A DNA stretch of 13,329 nt from Planctomycetota bacterium. GTDB taxonomy: Bacteria > Planctomycetota > SZUA-567 > H5-PLA8. The position numbers and the translations under genes were made by a program. The stretch covers positions 1 to 13,329 of the forward strand of contig JBBRPR010000113.1 of assembly GCA_038227875.1 (NCBI GenBank), read 5' to 3'. This document shows, piece after piece, positions 1 to 10,042 of the stretch (its first letter is position 1; each line of letters opens with the position of its first letter). Below the pieces are notes generated by a model. The model did not search any database. It saw only the letters and a list, made by a program, of their open reading frames with translations, and had not been told where the DNA came from.

Positions 1-153
1 AAAATTGCGCCGGGCAAATCCGACCGCCCCCTCGACTACGCCTTTTTCATTGCCGCGAGCCGGTTGGCAGAAATGTGCTTTATATAAATAGTGGCTTTGT
101 AGCCTTAAAAAGCCGGTCGTTAGTTCCCGCTCACGCCCGGCGATCTCTTTGAC
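1..153 (-). mobile_element. istA: Internal fragment of an IS21-family transposase (IstA), in frame with the upstream beta-helix ORF; runs off the window edge
   Basis: Minus-strand translation of 153->1 is [51 protein letters not shown]. This matches the IstA core pattern F..L.SHY.....FC.P.RGNEKG.VE..VG..RRNF, which contains the catalytic Glu of the DDE triad. No IS end is visible at the junction. Confidence 0.85.
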
Positions 154-1962
154 ACCGATGAAACTGCAATTCGTGATCGTCGCGTTGCAGCCGGAAAGCA
201 GGCCTAGCGCGCCACCTCCCACTGACGACTCGTTGGTGAATTTACAATCGGAGATCTCCGGCGCGGATCCGCTCGCATAAATCCCGCCGCCAACTGTGAC
301 GGCGCTATTCTCCGAGAACAAACAGTTGGATATCCGCGGTGCGCCGTTCTGCAGGAAGATCCCGCCCCCGTTTGACATGGCAACGTTGCTCTTGAAAGTA
401 CAATTGGCAATGGTGGGTGAGGCAGAATCGATAAACAATCCGCCACCCGATCCGTCTATGATCGGACCATCTGCGTTACCTGCTGTCACCGTCAAACCAT
501 CCAGAACGGTCGTCGCATCACTGCCCGGATACGCCTTCACTACGTGGTATGTGTTGTCGACTGGATTGCCGGTCTGTCCAATGTCGCCGCTCAAGATGGT
601 GACGTGAGTATTCCAGTTTCGCTGCGAGCGGGCGGTTTCGTTGCCTGCAAATCCGCCGTAGAGCGCCACACCCTTCTTCAAACCAAAGTAGTCCCATTGC
701 AGCGTGCCGGGTCGGTAGGTTCCGTCGGCAATCCAGATTTCGGTTCCCACGCCGGCCAGCGCCAAGCCACCCTGCAACGTCCGGAAAGCCGTCGCCCAAG
801 CCAATCCGTCTTCTGTCAATCCTGACGAATGCGCGTCCACAAAAATGATTTTGCCGGCGAAGGTGCCCTGATTCTCATAGGCACCCATGTCGGTGTACGC
901 CGGCGTGCCGATCCCGGTGTTGGTTATTGCGGTCACATCGACGCGGCCATTACCATCAAAGTCGGACAGCGTTGCGGCCGTCCCGTTGGCTGCGTCGATA
1001 CAGGGCGAGGTGTTCTGAAGATGATAGTCGCCGCTGGCGGCGTCGACGAATAGAGGATCCGCATTGATGTTGCCGGGACCCGCAAAGCCGCCCTGAATGT
1101 CGCTATAGGTAACATTCGGCGTTCCCGATAGTTCTCCGCCAACATCGTTCCAAAAAATGCAATTGGCAACGTTCGTCATGCCACCGTTGTGGCGAATCCC
1201 GCCGCCGTTTCCAGCTGGCGCTGTGTTTCCGATGAAAATGCAATTGGTCAGGTTGCTGGTGATGAGGTCAGAATAAAATCCGCCACCCGAACCGCTCGAC
1301 GCATTCCCCGTGAAAATACAATTGCTGATGTTGGCGGCGACCGGGCTGTTGTAGCACCCCAATCCGCCGCCAGCGAGCACCGCGAAGTTGTTGATGAATC
1401 GGCAGTTTGAAATCGTCGACGCGGTGTTGAAGTCGATCATACCTCCACCGCCAGATTCCGGACCGATACCAGTGGCGTTTCCGTCTCGAATCACAAATCC
1501 ATCGATGATGCCGCCGGTGGCGCCCTTGACGACGTGGTAGCTATTGTCGGTCTTGTTGCCGGGGGTCCCCAGGTCTCCGCTCAAAATGGTTGAGTTCAGT
1601 GCGGGTGCGCGTTGACCGCGGGATAATTCGGAACCCGTAAATCCACCATAAACGCCAACACCGTTGCGCAGCGTGAACGTTTTGCTCCGGTTGTCGGCAG
1701 GATTCGGGTTGTCCGTGGCATCCGCGACCGGCAAATACGTTCCCTGTTTCACCCAGATCTCATCGCCTGAGACTGACGTGGCCAGCGCGTGCTGCAGTGA
1801 CGCTGCATTCGTAGTCCAGTCCGCGCCGCTGCCCGTGTTACTTCCCGTCGGCGTCACGCGCCACGTCGTCGCGGCACGGGCTGCGAAAGTCAGGCATAGC
1901 GCTGAACACAGAACGATCCGCAGACACGATCCATATCTGCCTTTTCGCGTGGAGTTTTCCAT
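154..1962 (-). CDS. Secreted right-handed beta-helix repeat protein (pectin-lyase-like, choice-of-anchor-Q-like motif), paralog of 1992..5168; C-terminally truncated/fused to IstA at about 153
   Basis: Not in the ORF track because the frame has no stop before the window edge. ATG at 1962 with GAGGT RBS. N-terminus [36 protein letters not shown] is signal-peptide-like. Motifs [46 protein letters not shown], repeated NCxFxxNxAxx[27 protein letters not shown] and DMGAYENQG, followed by a second module ([28 protein letters not shown]). About 603 codons up to the junction. Confidence 0.9.
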
Positions 1963-1991
1963 GGTGGATACCTCGCCAGGAGAGCCGGCAT

Positions 1992-4900
1992 CTATTTCGT
2001 CACGCCGCCCTTGTCCTTCTTCGCCACGTACGATTGCGGGACGCTCTTCTGCCACACTTGCCCGTTGAAGATGACCGTCACCAGCACATTCAGTTTCGCC
2101 GTGGTGGTGGCATTCACCAACCCGGCGGAGGCAAGCGTGTCGGCGAAGGTCCCCTTGCTGAATTTGGCGCTGTACTTGGAGATCTGCAGCGGCGTCCCGG
2201 CTTTTCCAGACTTCACCGGCACCTTGATCGAACTACCGCCGCTCGTCGCCGAGCCCTTGGCATCCAGCGTGAACGATTTCACCACACCGCCGATATCGAC
2301 CACGAACATCTGCCCGGAGACCTTGAATCCATCCGGAATCAATATCAGGCCGCTCAGGCCGATGCTGTCATTGCCATGCTTGCTGAAGTCCAGCTTGACG
2401 TTCAATTTGCTCACCGACAGATTCTGCAATTCTGTCATCTTGCTCATGCCCGTCGGCAGACTGGCCGCGTCGAAGGCGTTGGAGCCCAGCGCGACTTCAA
2501 TCTCATCGAGCACGCCATCACCGTCACTGTCACCGGCAAATCCGGAGTTGGGATTGACGATGACCGTGACCGTTCCGGAATTGGTTGACGTTGCGGTCAA
2601 CGGGTCGCCGGCATTGATGGCGACTACTTTGACCACGAAATAACCGGCAGCGGCAAATGCATGCGTCGGTGTTGCGCCAACGGCGCTGGAGCCGTCTCCG
2701 AAATCCCAATTGTAGATGACCGCATCGCCGTCGGCGTCGGTGGCCGCCGCACTGAAGACCACCGATTGTCCGACGATGCACGGATTGGGCGTCGCTGAAG
2801 GCTGTGAAATCAACACTGGCGAAGTCGAATATTCATAGGCACCCATGTCGAATCCGGCGCCTCTCGGCCGCGCCGTACCCAGCACATCGGTGACAGGCGC
2901 GCCGACGGCCGTACCCGCATCAATGCACGGACTGCCTGCCTGCAGGCGCAGGTCTCCGAAGGACGTAAATCGCGGATCGGTGTTGATGTTCCCGATTCCC
3001 GAAAGCAAAGTGCCCTTCACGCAGCTGAAGTTTGTTGGAGCAGTTGCGGGAGCCATAACGTCCAGATCAGGATTGGCTGGTGAGGAATTGCCCCACAGAA
3101 TGCAGTTCGTGAGCGCTACATTCTCCACCCCGGTCAGACTCAATCCGCCATCCGATGTGCCGCTGCTATTGCCGGAGAAAGTGCAGTTCATGACGGTTCC
3201 AGGCGAGTTGCTCATTCCAGCACCTCCGCCAGTTGCCGACGCGACGTTGTTCTGAAACACGCAGTTGGTGATCGAGGTGGAAGTGTTGACAAGTGTATAC
3301 AGACCGCCGCCGTTCAAGGCAGTATTGGATTCGAAGGTACAGCCCGCAAGATTCAGCGAAAAATCTGCGACGGACGCAATCCCACCGCCCAGCGCAACCG
3401 CCGTGTTCATCGCAAATGTTGACTTCTTCACCGTTATAGTGGACGTGCTTGAGAAAATACCGCCACCGAAGCCCGTGGCATTGTTGCCGAGGAACGTGCA
3501 ATCCTGAATGGTTGGCGCCGATAGTAGGAAGGTGGCCCCACCGCCGTGACCCGCAGACGAGGTATTGCTGAAGAATGTGCAATGGGTAAGTTGTGGCGCG
3601 GCGTTGCTGGAAAATAGGGCGCCACTACTGGTGCCGCTGTTTGAAACCAGGATGCAATTTGAAATCGTGGGCGCGGCGGAATCGATGTAAATTCCCGCTC
3701 CGGTGCTGTAGATGCCGGCGCCGTTTGCGAGGCCCCCGGTGAGAGTGAATCCATCCAGAATGGCCGTTGGGCCAACGCCTGCAATCGCGGTGACGAGGTG
3801 AAAAGTGCCCGCAGGAGCTAGTCTTCCGTTCAGCACCGTCAGCGAGGGATCCGAATTGCGCTGGGCACGGGCAGTCTCCGATCCTGCAAATCCGCCGTAA
3901 ATGCCCACACCATTTTTCATGGAGATTGTGTCGGTTGGTATGGCTCCGATTTTATAGATGCCGGCCGCGACCCAGATCTCCGAAGTCGCACCAGCCACAA
4001 CCAGAGCCGACGGAAGATTGTTGAACGCCGTCGACCACGACTGGCCATCCTGCGTGGGCGAAGTGTTCTGGGAATTCACATAGATGATCTTGCCGGCGAA
4101 GCTGCCTTGATTCTCGTAGGCACCAATATCGAAGTAAGCGATTGGACCGACACCCGTGTTCGGTATGGATGGGACATCGACGCGGCCATTGCCGTCAAGA
4201 TCCAGCAGCGGTGCAACCGGACCAATGGCAGCATCGATACAGGGAGAAGTAACCTGCAGATGAAAGTCACCCGCTGCTGCGTTTACGAATTGGGGATCGA
4301 GATTGATGACAAGCGGCCCTGCAAAACCTCCCTGAACATCACTGAAACCAATGGCAGGCGCATTTCCTGCTTCACCGCCGGTGTCACCCCACAAAATGCA
4401 ATTGCTAAGAGTAAGTCCGCCACCATTGCGGTAGACGCCACCGCCTGTGACCGCCGTGTTTTTTGAAAAGGTGCAGTTGTTGATGCTGACGTTGATCAGA
4501 TCTGAATAGAACCCGCCGCCCAGGTTGCCCGACGTATTCCCGGTGAAAAGGCAATTGGTGACGCTCGCCGCAGTGACATTATTGTAGCATAAAAGTCCAC
4601 CTCCTGCTATCGACGCAGAATTGTTGATAAACTTGCAGTTCATAATGATCGACGCAGTATTCAAGTCGATCATTCCACCGCCACCGGCATCAAGCACCGG
4701 TCCGTTGGCGTTGCCATCTCTGATCGTAAATCCATCGATCGTGCCGCCGGTTGCGCCGCGGACGACATGATACGAATGTGCGCCACCCGATAGAGCACCG
4801 CTCAAAATGGTTGGGTTTTGTGCCCAGTTGCGTTGAATGCGTAATGTTTCTTTCCCGTTAAAGCCGCCGTAGACGAAAGCTCCAGCGACCAGTGTGAAGG

Positions 4901-5168
4901 ATTTGGTGACGTCCGCCGTGCTCGTCGGCCTGTACGTTCCGGCTGCGACCCAGATCTCATCACCACCGACGGCCACGGCCAGCGCCGACTGCAGATCGGT
5001 GTAAGCATTGTCCCACGTCGTACCGTTGTTCAATCCACCGGCGGAGCCATTGACGTATCGCACCGTCCCGGCTTGTGCGCCCAACGCAAGAAAGAGGGTC
5101 AAGCCGAGTAACAATGACTTCAAGGTGCTTGAACTACCGGATGTGTACGTGCATGTGGAGTTTATCAT
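1992..5168 (-). CDS. Large secreted/surface protein: signal peptide, two beta-helix modules each ending in an SPCIDA...D.GAYE motif, PKD domain, DxDxDG Ca-binding-like motif, Lys-rich C-terminal domain
   Basis: Track ORF 1992..5210. ATG at 5168 is preferred (AAGGGA upstream; hydrophobic [16 protein letters not shown] signal). Duplicated EIWVAAGxY / YGGFxGxETxRxQRN / NCxFxxN-GGG repeats; PKD signature [27 protein letters not shown]. Confidence 0.92.
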   Translation of the reverse strand: MINSTCTYTSGSSSTLKSLLLGLTLFLALGAQAGTVRYVNGSAGGLNNGTTWDNAYTDLQSALAVAVGGDEIWVAAGTYRPTSTADVTKSFTLVAGAFVYGGFNGKETLRIQRNWAQNPTILSGALSGGAHSYHVVRGATGGTIDGFTIRDGNANGPVLDAGGGGMIDLNTASIIMNCKFINNSASIAGGGLLCYNNVTAASVTNCLFTGNTSGNLGGGFYSDLINVSINNCTFSKNTAVTGGGVYRNGGGLTLSNCILWGDTGGEAGNAPAIGFSDVQGGFAGPLVINLDPQFVNAAAGDFHLQVTSPCIDAAIGPVAPLLDLDGNGRVDVPSIPNTGVGPIAYFDIGAYENQGSFAGKIIYVNSQNTSPTQDGQSWSTAFNNLPSALVVAGATSEIWVAAGIYKIGAIPTDTISMKNGVGIYGGFAGSETARAQRNSDPSLTVLNGRLAPAGTFHLVTAIAGVGPTAILDGFTLTGGLANGAGIYSTGAGIYIDSAAPTISNCILVSNSGTSSGALFSSNAAPQLTHCTFFSNTSSAGHGGGATFLLSAPTIQDCTFLGNNATGFGGGIFSSTSTITVKKSTFAMNTAVALGGGIASVADFSLNLAGCTFESNTALNGGGLYTLVNTSTSITNCVFQNNVASATGGGAGMSNSPGTVMNCTFSGNSSGTSDGGLSLTGVENVALTNCILWGNSSPANPDLDVMAPATAPTNFSCVKGTLLSGIGNINTDPRFTSFGDLRLQAGSPCIDAGTAVGAPVTDVLGTARPRGAGFDMGAYEYSTSPVLISQPSATPNPCIVGQSVVFSAAATDADGDAVIYNWDFGDGSSAVGATPTHAFAAAGYFVVKVVAINAGDPLTATSTNSGTVTVIVNPNSGFAGDSDGDGVLDEIEVALGSNAFDAASLPTGMSKMTELQNLSVSKLNVKLDFSKHGNDSIGLSGLILIPDGFKVSGQMFVVDIGGVVKSFTLDAKGSATSGGSSIKVPVKSGKAGTPLQISKYSAKFSKGTFADTLASAGLVNATTTAKLNVLVTVIFNGQVWQKSVPQSYVAKKDKGGVTK

Positions 5169-5550
5169 GACGGGCCATCCCTTCCGATTTGCGCATATTC
5201 TCAAACTCACGCCGTGAGTTGATCTTTATAAGTAAAGCGATGCAACGATTGTGCCGCACACGTGCTCATCGCGGGCGGCATCACTGCGCACTCACAATCG
5301 ATGCGCCCCCCATGATTTGCAGGATTCCGCGCACACTGCAGGCTGCTCAACGTCGCAACTCACGACGTTTGAGTTCGCAGGAATGCAACAACGCCTCGTT
5401 AAGATGGGAAATCAAACTTGTACGGCTATTCCGACTCCGTTACTGAAGTCCAGAACTTGAATTATTGATATTCGGGTCTATATCTATTTATTTCATGATG
5501 TCACAGGCGAGGATTGGATGTCGGATGGCAACCCACTCCGGGGATCGAGC

Positions 5551-6579
5551 ATGACTCCACGAGAACGAATGGATCTGGTCTTCGCCTGCAAACACGCCGA
5601 TCGCGTTCCGTTTGTTCCCGCCATCTACGAACACAAGGCCTTCCTGCTGAACAAAACCCCATCTGAAGTGGCGCAAAGTGAAGACTTGATGGTCAACGGT
5701 GGCCTGGCGGAATTCGACACCTACCGGCCCGACTTACTGACCGTGGGTCTGGATGTCTACAACGTCGAAGCCGAAGCGCTGGGCTGCAAAGTCAAATACC
5801 ACGGCACCACTGACGTTCCAGGCGTTGAATCGCATTTCAGCAGCATCGATGGGCTGGTTGGAAGAAATCACGTCGATCCGGAACGCTCCGGACGCATGGG
5901 TCTATTTCTGCGCGCGGCCGAACGGCTCCACCAGCAACTGCGGGCTCAAGTCCATGTGCGCGGCGCGGTCTCCGGACCATTCAGCCTCAGTTGCGAATTA
6001 ATCGGCTGCGAGAACATGCTCATCGCGCTGCTGGAAGACACCTCAACAGCGGTCGACGTACTGGAAATCGCCGCGCAAACCTGCGGCGACTATGCCTGCG
6101 CGTTTATCAAGAGGGGCGTGGACGCCGTTATTTTTGACAGTCGCGCCGCTCCGCCCTTTGTCTCGCCGTCCACGTGGGAACGGCAACTCCTCCCCTGCTA
6201 CATGAAACTGACGGCACAAATGCGGCAGGCCGGCGCGCGCCATATTCCGCTGGTAATCGGCGGTAACACCACGTCTATTGTGCCGGTTCTCATTCGCACC
6301 GGCGCCACTCAATTCCTCTGTGATTGGGGGAGTAATTTCAATACATGGCGCGACACCTGCGCCGGGATTACGGCACCGTTTCGAGCGAATCTTGATGCGC
6401 GTCTGATTCACACCGGGACTGTCGCTGCGATCACCGCTCAAACGCAGGCGCTGCTCGAACAGGCTGCGAGTGTGCCAGGATTCATTTTGGGAACGGGTGT
6501 GTGCGCCTACGACATCAACCCCGCGAACATCCTGACCGTTCGCGAGATTCTGGAAACCCGTGCGCTCAAAGGGTCGTAA
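5551..6579 (+). CDS. Uroporphyrinogen decarboxylase (URO-D)/MtaA-CmuA superfamily TIM-barrel protein, function unknown
   Basis: Typical N-terminus MTPRERM.....DRVPFVP, plus YNVEAEALGCKV, DPERSGRM, GAVSGPFSL and the C-terminal GFILGTG...DINPANI. Start 5551 is preferred over 5518 because it matches the family N-terminus. Confidence 0.85.
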   Translation: MTPRERMDLVFACKHADRVPFVPAIYEHKAFLLNKTPSEVAQSEDLMVNGGLAEFDTYRPDLLTVGLDVYNVEAEALGCKVKYHGTTDVPGVESHFSSIDGLVGRNHVDPERSGRMGLFLRAAERLHQQLRAQVHVRGAVSGPFSLSCELIGCENMLIALLEDTSTAVDVLEIAAQTCGDYACAFIKRGVDAVIFDSRAAPPFVSPSTWERQLLPCYMKLTAQMRQAGARHIPLVIGGNTTSIVPVLIRTGATQFLCDWGSNFNTWRDTCAGITAPFRANLDARLIHTGTVAAITAQTQALLEQAASVPGFILGTGVCAYDINPANILTVREILETRALKGS

Positions 6580-6598
6580 AGCAGAGCAAAGGCCTCGA

Positions 6599-7750
6599 CT
6601 ATACTGGAATCGAAGTTTCACGCGCGGCCGCCAGCATGCGGATAAAATTTTTCGCTGGCACGCCGCTATGAATTGAATTCGACGAGCCCAGGATGTAGCC
6701 GCCCTGCCCAGCCAATCCGTGAATCAACCGCTGCACTTCATTGCGGATCTGCGCTTCCGTGCCGTCCACCAGCACCTTGCCGCAACTCATCCCGCCCCAC
6801 AACGTCAACTTCGGATAGCGCGTGCGCAATTTCATCAAATCCATTCCTGCATCGACATCAATTTCCCCATAGCCGTGAACTCCAGCCTCCAGGAACAGCA
6901 TGTCCGCGATACTGTAGGTGTCGCCGTCCGTGCGGAAGACATACGGTTTGCCCAGTTGGTCGGCCAGCGCGATGATTCGCTTGAGCGGCGGAAGCAGGAA
7001 TTCCCGGAAGGCCTTCGGGCCATAGACCACGCCGCGGTTGTCGGCCAGATCTCCTCCGGCCCAGAAACAGTCCGCGCCATGCGACGCATACTGCCTCATC
7101 GCAATCAGATTCATCTCGCAGAGACCATTCAAGTAACGATGAATCAACTCCGGCCCCTCAATCATCGCCGCAAGCCATTCTGCGTGAAACGGAACCGCCA
7201 GCCCTCCGCAGGGCGCACAGACGTATCGGTCAGTACCTGCTTTGCGCGTCAGGAGGTCGAATTCCAGCAAAGCCTGAGCGTCTGGTGTCCAACCGTTGGC
7301 CAGACTTTTTTCCATCGCTTCGACCTGCTCCTGGATCGCCGCCGCGCCGCGCTGCTTGACCGCATCGTCGCTGCAATCAAAGATGTCGCTGGACTCGTCA
7401 TAGCGATAGATCGAGAAGGATTTCTTCGGGTCTCCGTAGAGATACGTCGTCTCATCCAGTTTCTTTGTCGGCCGTTCAGTGTGACGCCACGGCATGCGGA
7501 TCAGATCGAAGTCCACGGTCTTCACCAGCGCAGCCACGTCGTCGATCATCGTCGCGACAAACTCCGCGTGGGCCGCCTCGCCCTTGAGCCACGCCTCACT
7601 CTCCCCGCGGCGCAGGCTCCCGCCGCCCGTCAAGGCGCTTCGCCCCAGGACCTCCGAAGCCACCGCCGAACACACGCTCTGCTCGAACACGGGCACACGA
7701 TCGGGCGCACGATGTTGAAAAGTCAGGCGAACCCGTTCTTTGGATGTCAT
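6599..7750 (-). CDS. URO-D superfamily protein, function unknown
   Basis: MTSKERVRLTFQHRAPDRVPVFE, GGDLADNRGVVYGPKAFREFLLP, GMDLMKLRTRYPKLTLWGG and GGYILGSSNSIHSGVPAKNF. Strong GGAGGAG RBS upstream. Confidence 0.88.
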   Translation of the reverse strand: MTSKERVRLTFQHRAPDRVPVFEQSVCSAVASEVLGRSALTGGGSLRRGESEAWLKGEAAHAEFVATMIDDVAALVKTVDFDLIRMPWRHTERPTKKLDETTYLYGDPKKSFSIYRYDESSDIFDCSDDAVKQRGAAAIQEQVEAMEKSLANGWTPDAQALLEFDLLTRKAGTDRYVCAPCGGLAVPFHAEWLAAMIEGPELIHRYLNGLCEMNLIAMRQYASHGADCFWAGGDLADNRGVVYGPKAFREFLLPPLKRIIALADQLGKPYVFRTDGDTYSIADMLFLEAGVHGYGEIDVDAGMDLMKLRTRYPKLTLWGGMSCGKVLVDGTEAQIRNEVQRLIHGLAGQGGYILGSSNSIHSGVPAKNFIRMLAAARETSIPV

Positions 7751-7776
7751 TGATCTCCTCCGGTCGTATCGCGATA

Positions 7777-7782
7777 AGTATA
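7777..7782 (-). promoter_or_regulatory. Candidate -10 box (TATACT) for the minus-strand URO-D gene
   Basis: TATACT on the minus strand in an AT-rich intergenic stretch about 27 nt upstream of the ATG. The adjacent palindrome TATCGCGATA is at 7767-7776. No clear -35. Confidence 0.4.
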
Positions 7783-7896
7783 CCTTCTTATCTTAAATTT
7801 CATCGTATAATTTGAATTCGGACTCGGCTTGTCCATCACTTAGCTACAGGTGAACGGATCGCGCGCTGCCTACGTGGGCAGGAACAGATTCACGCG

Positions 7897-9117
7897 CTAT
7901 TTCGCGCGGATGTTGTTCATGAAGGCCGACACGCTGCTGCACAGACGTTCAGCCTGCCGCGACAGTTCTCCCGCGGCGTCCTGAATCAGCGTAACTGAAA
8001 CTCCCGTTTCATGCGCGGCGGTATTCACGCCGGCGATGTTCCGGGTCACGTGAACCACTGCCTGAGCGGCGCGCTGCGTGTTTCGGCTGATCTCTTCGGT
8101 GGCGCCTTTCTGCTCGGCGATGGATGAGGAAATGAGGTTGGTGGATTCATTGACGCTCAGAATCGCCTTCGAAATCCTGGCAATGGCCGCGGCCGCTTCC
8201 GTCGAGGCCTTGTTCAAGGCCCGGATTTCCGTCTCAATATTGTCCGTCGCAGCGGCCGTTTCCTTCGAGAGCGCTTTCACTTCCGAAGCGACCACGCCAA
8301 AGCCTTTGCCCGCGGCGCCAGCGTGGGCCGCCTCAATCGTCGCGTTCAACGCCAGCAGATTGGTCTGGGAGGCGATGTCGTGGATCAGTTTCACCACGCT
8401 ACCGATGCGGGATTGCGCCTTGCAGAGCTCCTGTATTACGGCGTCCGTGCGGGTGGCTTCGGTGGCGGCGCTGTGAATCAGTTGCGCCGACTGCTGCGTC
8501 TGGCGGTCGATTTCCGCGGCCGAGGCCTGGAGTTCCGTGGCGGCCGAGGCCACCGAATCGACGCTGGCGGAACTTTCCTGCGAGGCGGACGTCACTGCTT
8601 CGGCACGCTCGGTCGTCTCATGGGACTGATCCGCCAGGGACTTGGCCGTCGCTTCGAATTCCGTCGCGGCGGACGCCACTGAATTGACCACCGTCTGCAC
8701 CGTCGTCTCGAATTCGTTGGCCAGCTGGTCCTGGCGCGCGCGAGCCGCGGCCAGCGCGGCGGCGCTGTTTTTCATTTCTTCGGTACCGGCGTTGATCAGC
8801 CGCGCGCCGTTCCGGAACGAACCGGGCAGCCCGCGCAGAATCACGCGGCGGTAGAATTTGCCCTTGGCCGCCGCATCCAGCGATGCGCTGGATTCCCGCA
8901 CGTAGGCATCGGTGATATCCAGCAGATGATTGATGGCGTCAACGCAACGGGAAAGCGGGCCGTCCGTGGGGCCGGTCAGCGCGCGAACTTCCAGATTGCC
9001 CCGGGCCGCCGCTTCGCAGACGCGGGCCAGTTCCAGCAATCCCGTCTCGAGCGTGGAATCCGTGGGCGGAGCGCTGGTGGCCGTATGCAGCGTCGATTCG
9101 GCAGTGAGCGTGGACAT
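7897..9117 (-). CDS. Soluble methyl-accepting chemotaxis protein (HAMP-like N-terminus plus MCP signalling domain, no TM helices)
   Basis: Signalling hairpin [37 protein letters not shown]; heptad coiled-coil flanks; N-terminal AARGNLEVR...AINHLLD HAMP-like segment; no hydrophobic span. Confidence 0.93.
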   Translation of the reverse strand: MSTLTAESTLHTATSAPPTDSTLETGLLELARVCEAAARGNLEVRALTGPTDGPLSRCVDAINHLLDITDAYVRESSASLDAAAKGKFYRRVILRGLPGSFRNGARLINAGTEEMKNSAAALAAARARQDQLANEFETTVQTVVNSVASAATEFEATAKSLADQSHETTERAEAVTSASQESSASVDSVASAATELQASAAEIDRQTQQSAQLIHSAATEATRTDAVIQELCKAQSRIGSVVKLIHDIASQTNLLALNATIEAAHAGAAGKGFGVVASEVKALSKETAAATDNIETEIRALNKASTEAAAAIARISKAILSVNESTNLISSSIAEQKGATEEISRNTQRAAQAVVHVTRNIAGVNTAAHETGVSVTLIQDAAGELSRQAERLCSSVSAFMNNIRAK

Positions 9118-9135
9118 TGTCGTTGTTCTCGTCAG

Positions 9136-9660
9136 CTAAAGTGAGAATACGAATTCGTCATAACAGACTTTCTGACCTTCAAGCACCGTCTTGAGCAACT
9201 CTGCGGCGGCGATCATGCCCGCGTGCGGATCCAGCCCGGCTGCTTCTTTTGCGCAGAGCGCTTTATAAATGGGAATGACCGCATCGACGGCTTTTCGTTC
9301 GGGCACGCGGCGATTGGAATGGTAGCCAACGATTTTTCCGGCATCGTCGAAACTGGGCGTCACGTGCGCGAAGACCCAGTAGTGATCTCCGTTGCGGGAC
9401 ATGTTGACCACGTATGCAAAGATTTCGCCGCCGGACATAATCTGGCTCCAGAGCAGCGCAAAGACGCAACGGGGCATATCCGGATGCCGGATGAGGTTGT
9501 GCGGCTGCCCGAGCAATTCGTGCTGGCTATATCCAGAAACGCGCTCAAACACCCGGTTGGCATAGGTAATGATGCCCTTGGTGTCGGTCTTGCTGACGAT
9601 GATTTCTTCATCGCCGAATTGTCGTTCGATACCCGTTGGAATCACGTGCGGGCGCGCCAT
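9136..9660 (-). CDS. Stand-alone Aer/CetB-type PAS domain protein (probably FAD-binding)
   Basis: IIVSKTDTKGIITYANRVFERVSGYSQHELLGQPHNLIRHPDMPRCVFALLW...YVVNMSRNGDHYWVFAHVTP is the Aer PAS signature. Likely start ATG 9660 (MARPHVIPTG) with GGAGGA RBS rather than the track start at 9750. Ends 18 nt before the MCP gene. Confidence 0.92.
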   Translation of the reverse strand: MARPHVIPTGIERQFGDEEIIVSKTDTKGIITYANRVFERVSGYSQHELLGQPHNLIRHPDMPRCVFALLWSQIMSGGEIFAYVVNMSRNGDHYWVFAHVTPSFDDAGKIVGYHSNRRVPERKAVDAVIPIYKALCAKEAAGLDPHAGMIAAAELLKTVLEGQKVCYDEFVFSL

Positions 9661-9860
9661 ACGATCCTCCACTCTGCAAATTCTGCCCGATAAGACCTCC
9701 GGCAACATGGGCAATGCATCTACAACAGATCCTATGCCAAGTAGTCGCAACAGGGCGCGGCGTCAGATACGAAAATTGGATTCTGCAAATTATGCGAGGG
9801 AGGCAGAGCGGGCGTGCACGCGGCCCAGGCGGCCGCGCGGTTGTCCATCGAAGAAAAAAA

Positions 9861-9885
9861 CGTCCCTGCGGGGATTCGAACGCCG
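9861..9885 (-). mobile_element. 3' fragment of a tRNA-Glu-like gene, probable att site (left boundary of an integrated element)
   Basis: Minus strand reads CGGCG-TTCGAAT-CCCCG-CAGGGAC-G-TTTTTTT: T-loop, 3' T-stem, acceptor 3' strand and discriminator G, as in tRNA-Glu (...GGGACG-CCA). The matching 5' acceptor strand GTCCCTG is absent upstream, so this is not an intact tRNA. Confidence 0.72.
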
Positions 9886-10010
9886 CTGGCGCTTGCGCCG
9901 CCGACTTGAAAGTTTCTGGAAACAAGTCGATATCTTCCTATGAAGAAGCTGAAACTCAGGCTCCAAACCAGAGCGCGGGTAATAGTCTTCCCGGAAGCAT
10001 TCCAGAGCCT

Positions 10011-10042
10011 TTTATACATAAAAACTATGCAGGGTTTATGCA
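10011..10042 (+). repeat. Three short direct repeats (TTTATACA, ACTATGCA, TTTATGCA), candidate integrase arm-type sites
   Basis: Repeats at 10011, 10024 and 10035, in an AT-rich patch about 130-160 bp inside the putative att core. Confidence 0.4.

Noticed and set aside
204..5217. Numerous short track ORFs overlapping the two beta-helix genes
   Set aside because: Antisense or off-frame shadows of two well-supported genes.
5189..5517. Short ORFs or a structured RNA in the divergent intergenic region
   Set aside because: No protein motifs, RBS or recognisable riboswitch consensus; most likely just promoter DNA.
6719..7753. 344-aa + strand ORF
   Set aside because: Antisense shadow of the URO-D gene with no recognisable motifs; long shadow ORFs are expected in GC-rich DNA.
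9819..9860. GC hairpin CGCGGCC-caggc-GGCCGCG near an A/T run as an intrinsic terminator
   Set aside because: On the minus strand the T-run precedes the hairpin, and on the plus strand no proper U-tract follows it. Not a canonical terminator.
9861..9945. Intact tRNA-Glu on the minus strand (a CTTTCAA anticodon-loop-like heptamer lies at about 9906-9912)
   Set aside because: The flanks of the heptamer do not pair as an anticodon stem, there is no D-arm, the 5' acceptor strand GTCCCTG is missing and the T-stem has a mismatch. Kept only as a 3' fragment.
9636..10037. 5' part of the 168-aa track ORF 9636..10142 as a real gene
   Set aside because: It overlaps the PAS gene start and its upstream region and crosses the att fragment. 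Only the C-terminal peptide looks protein-like.
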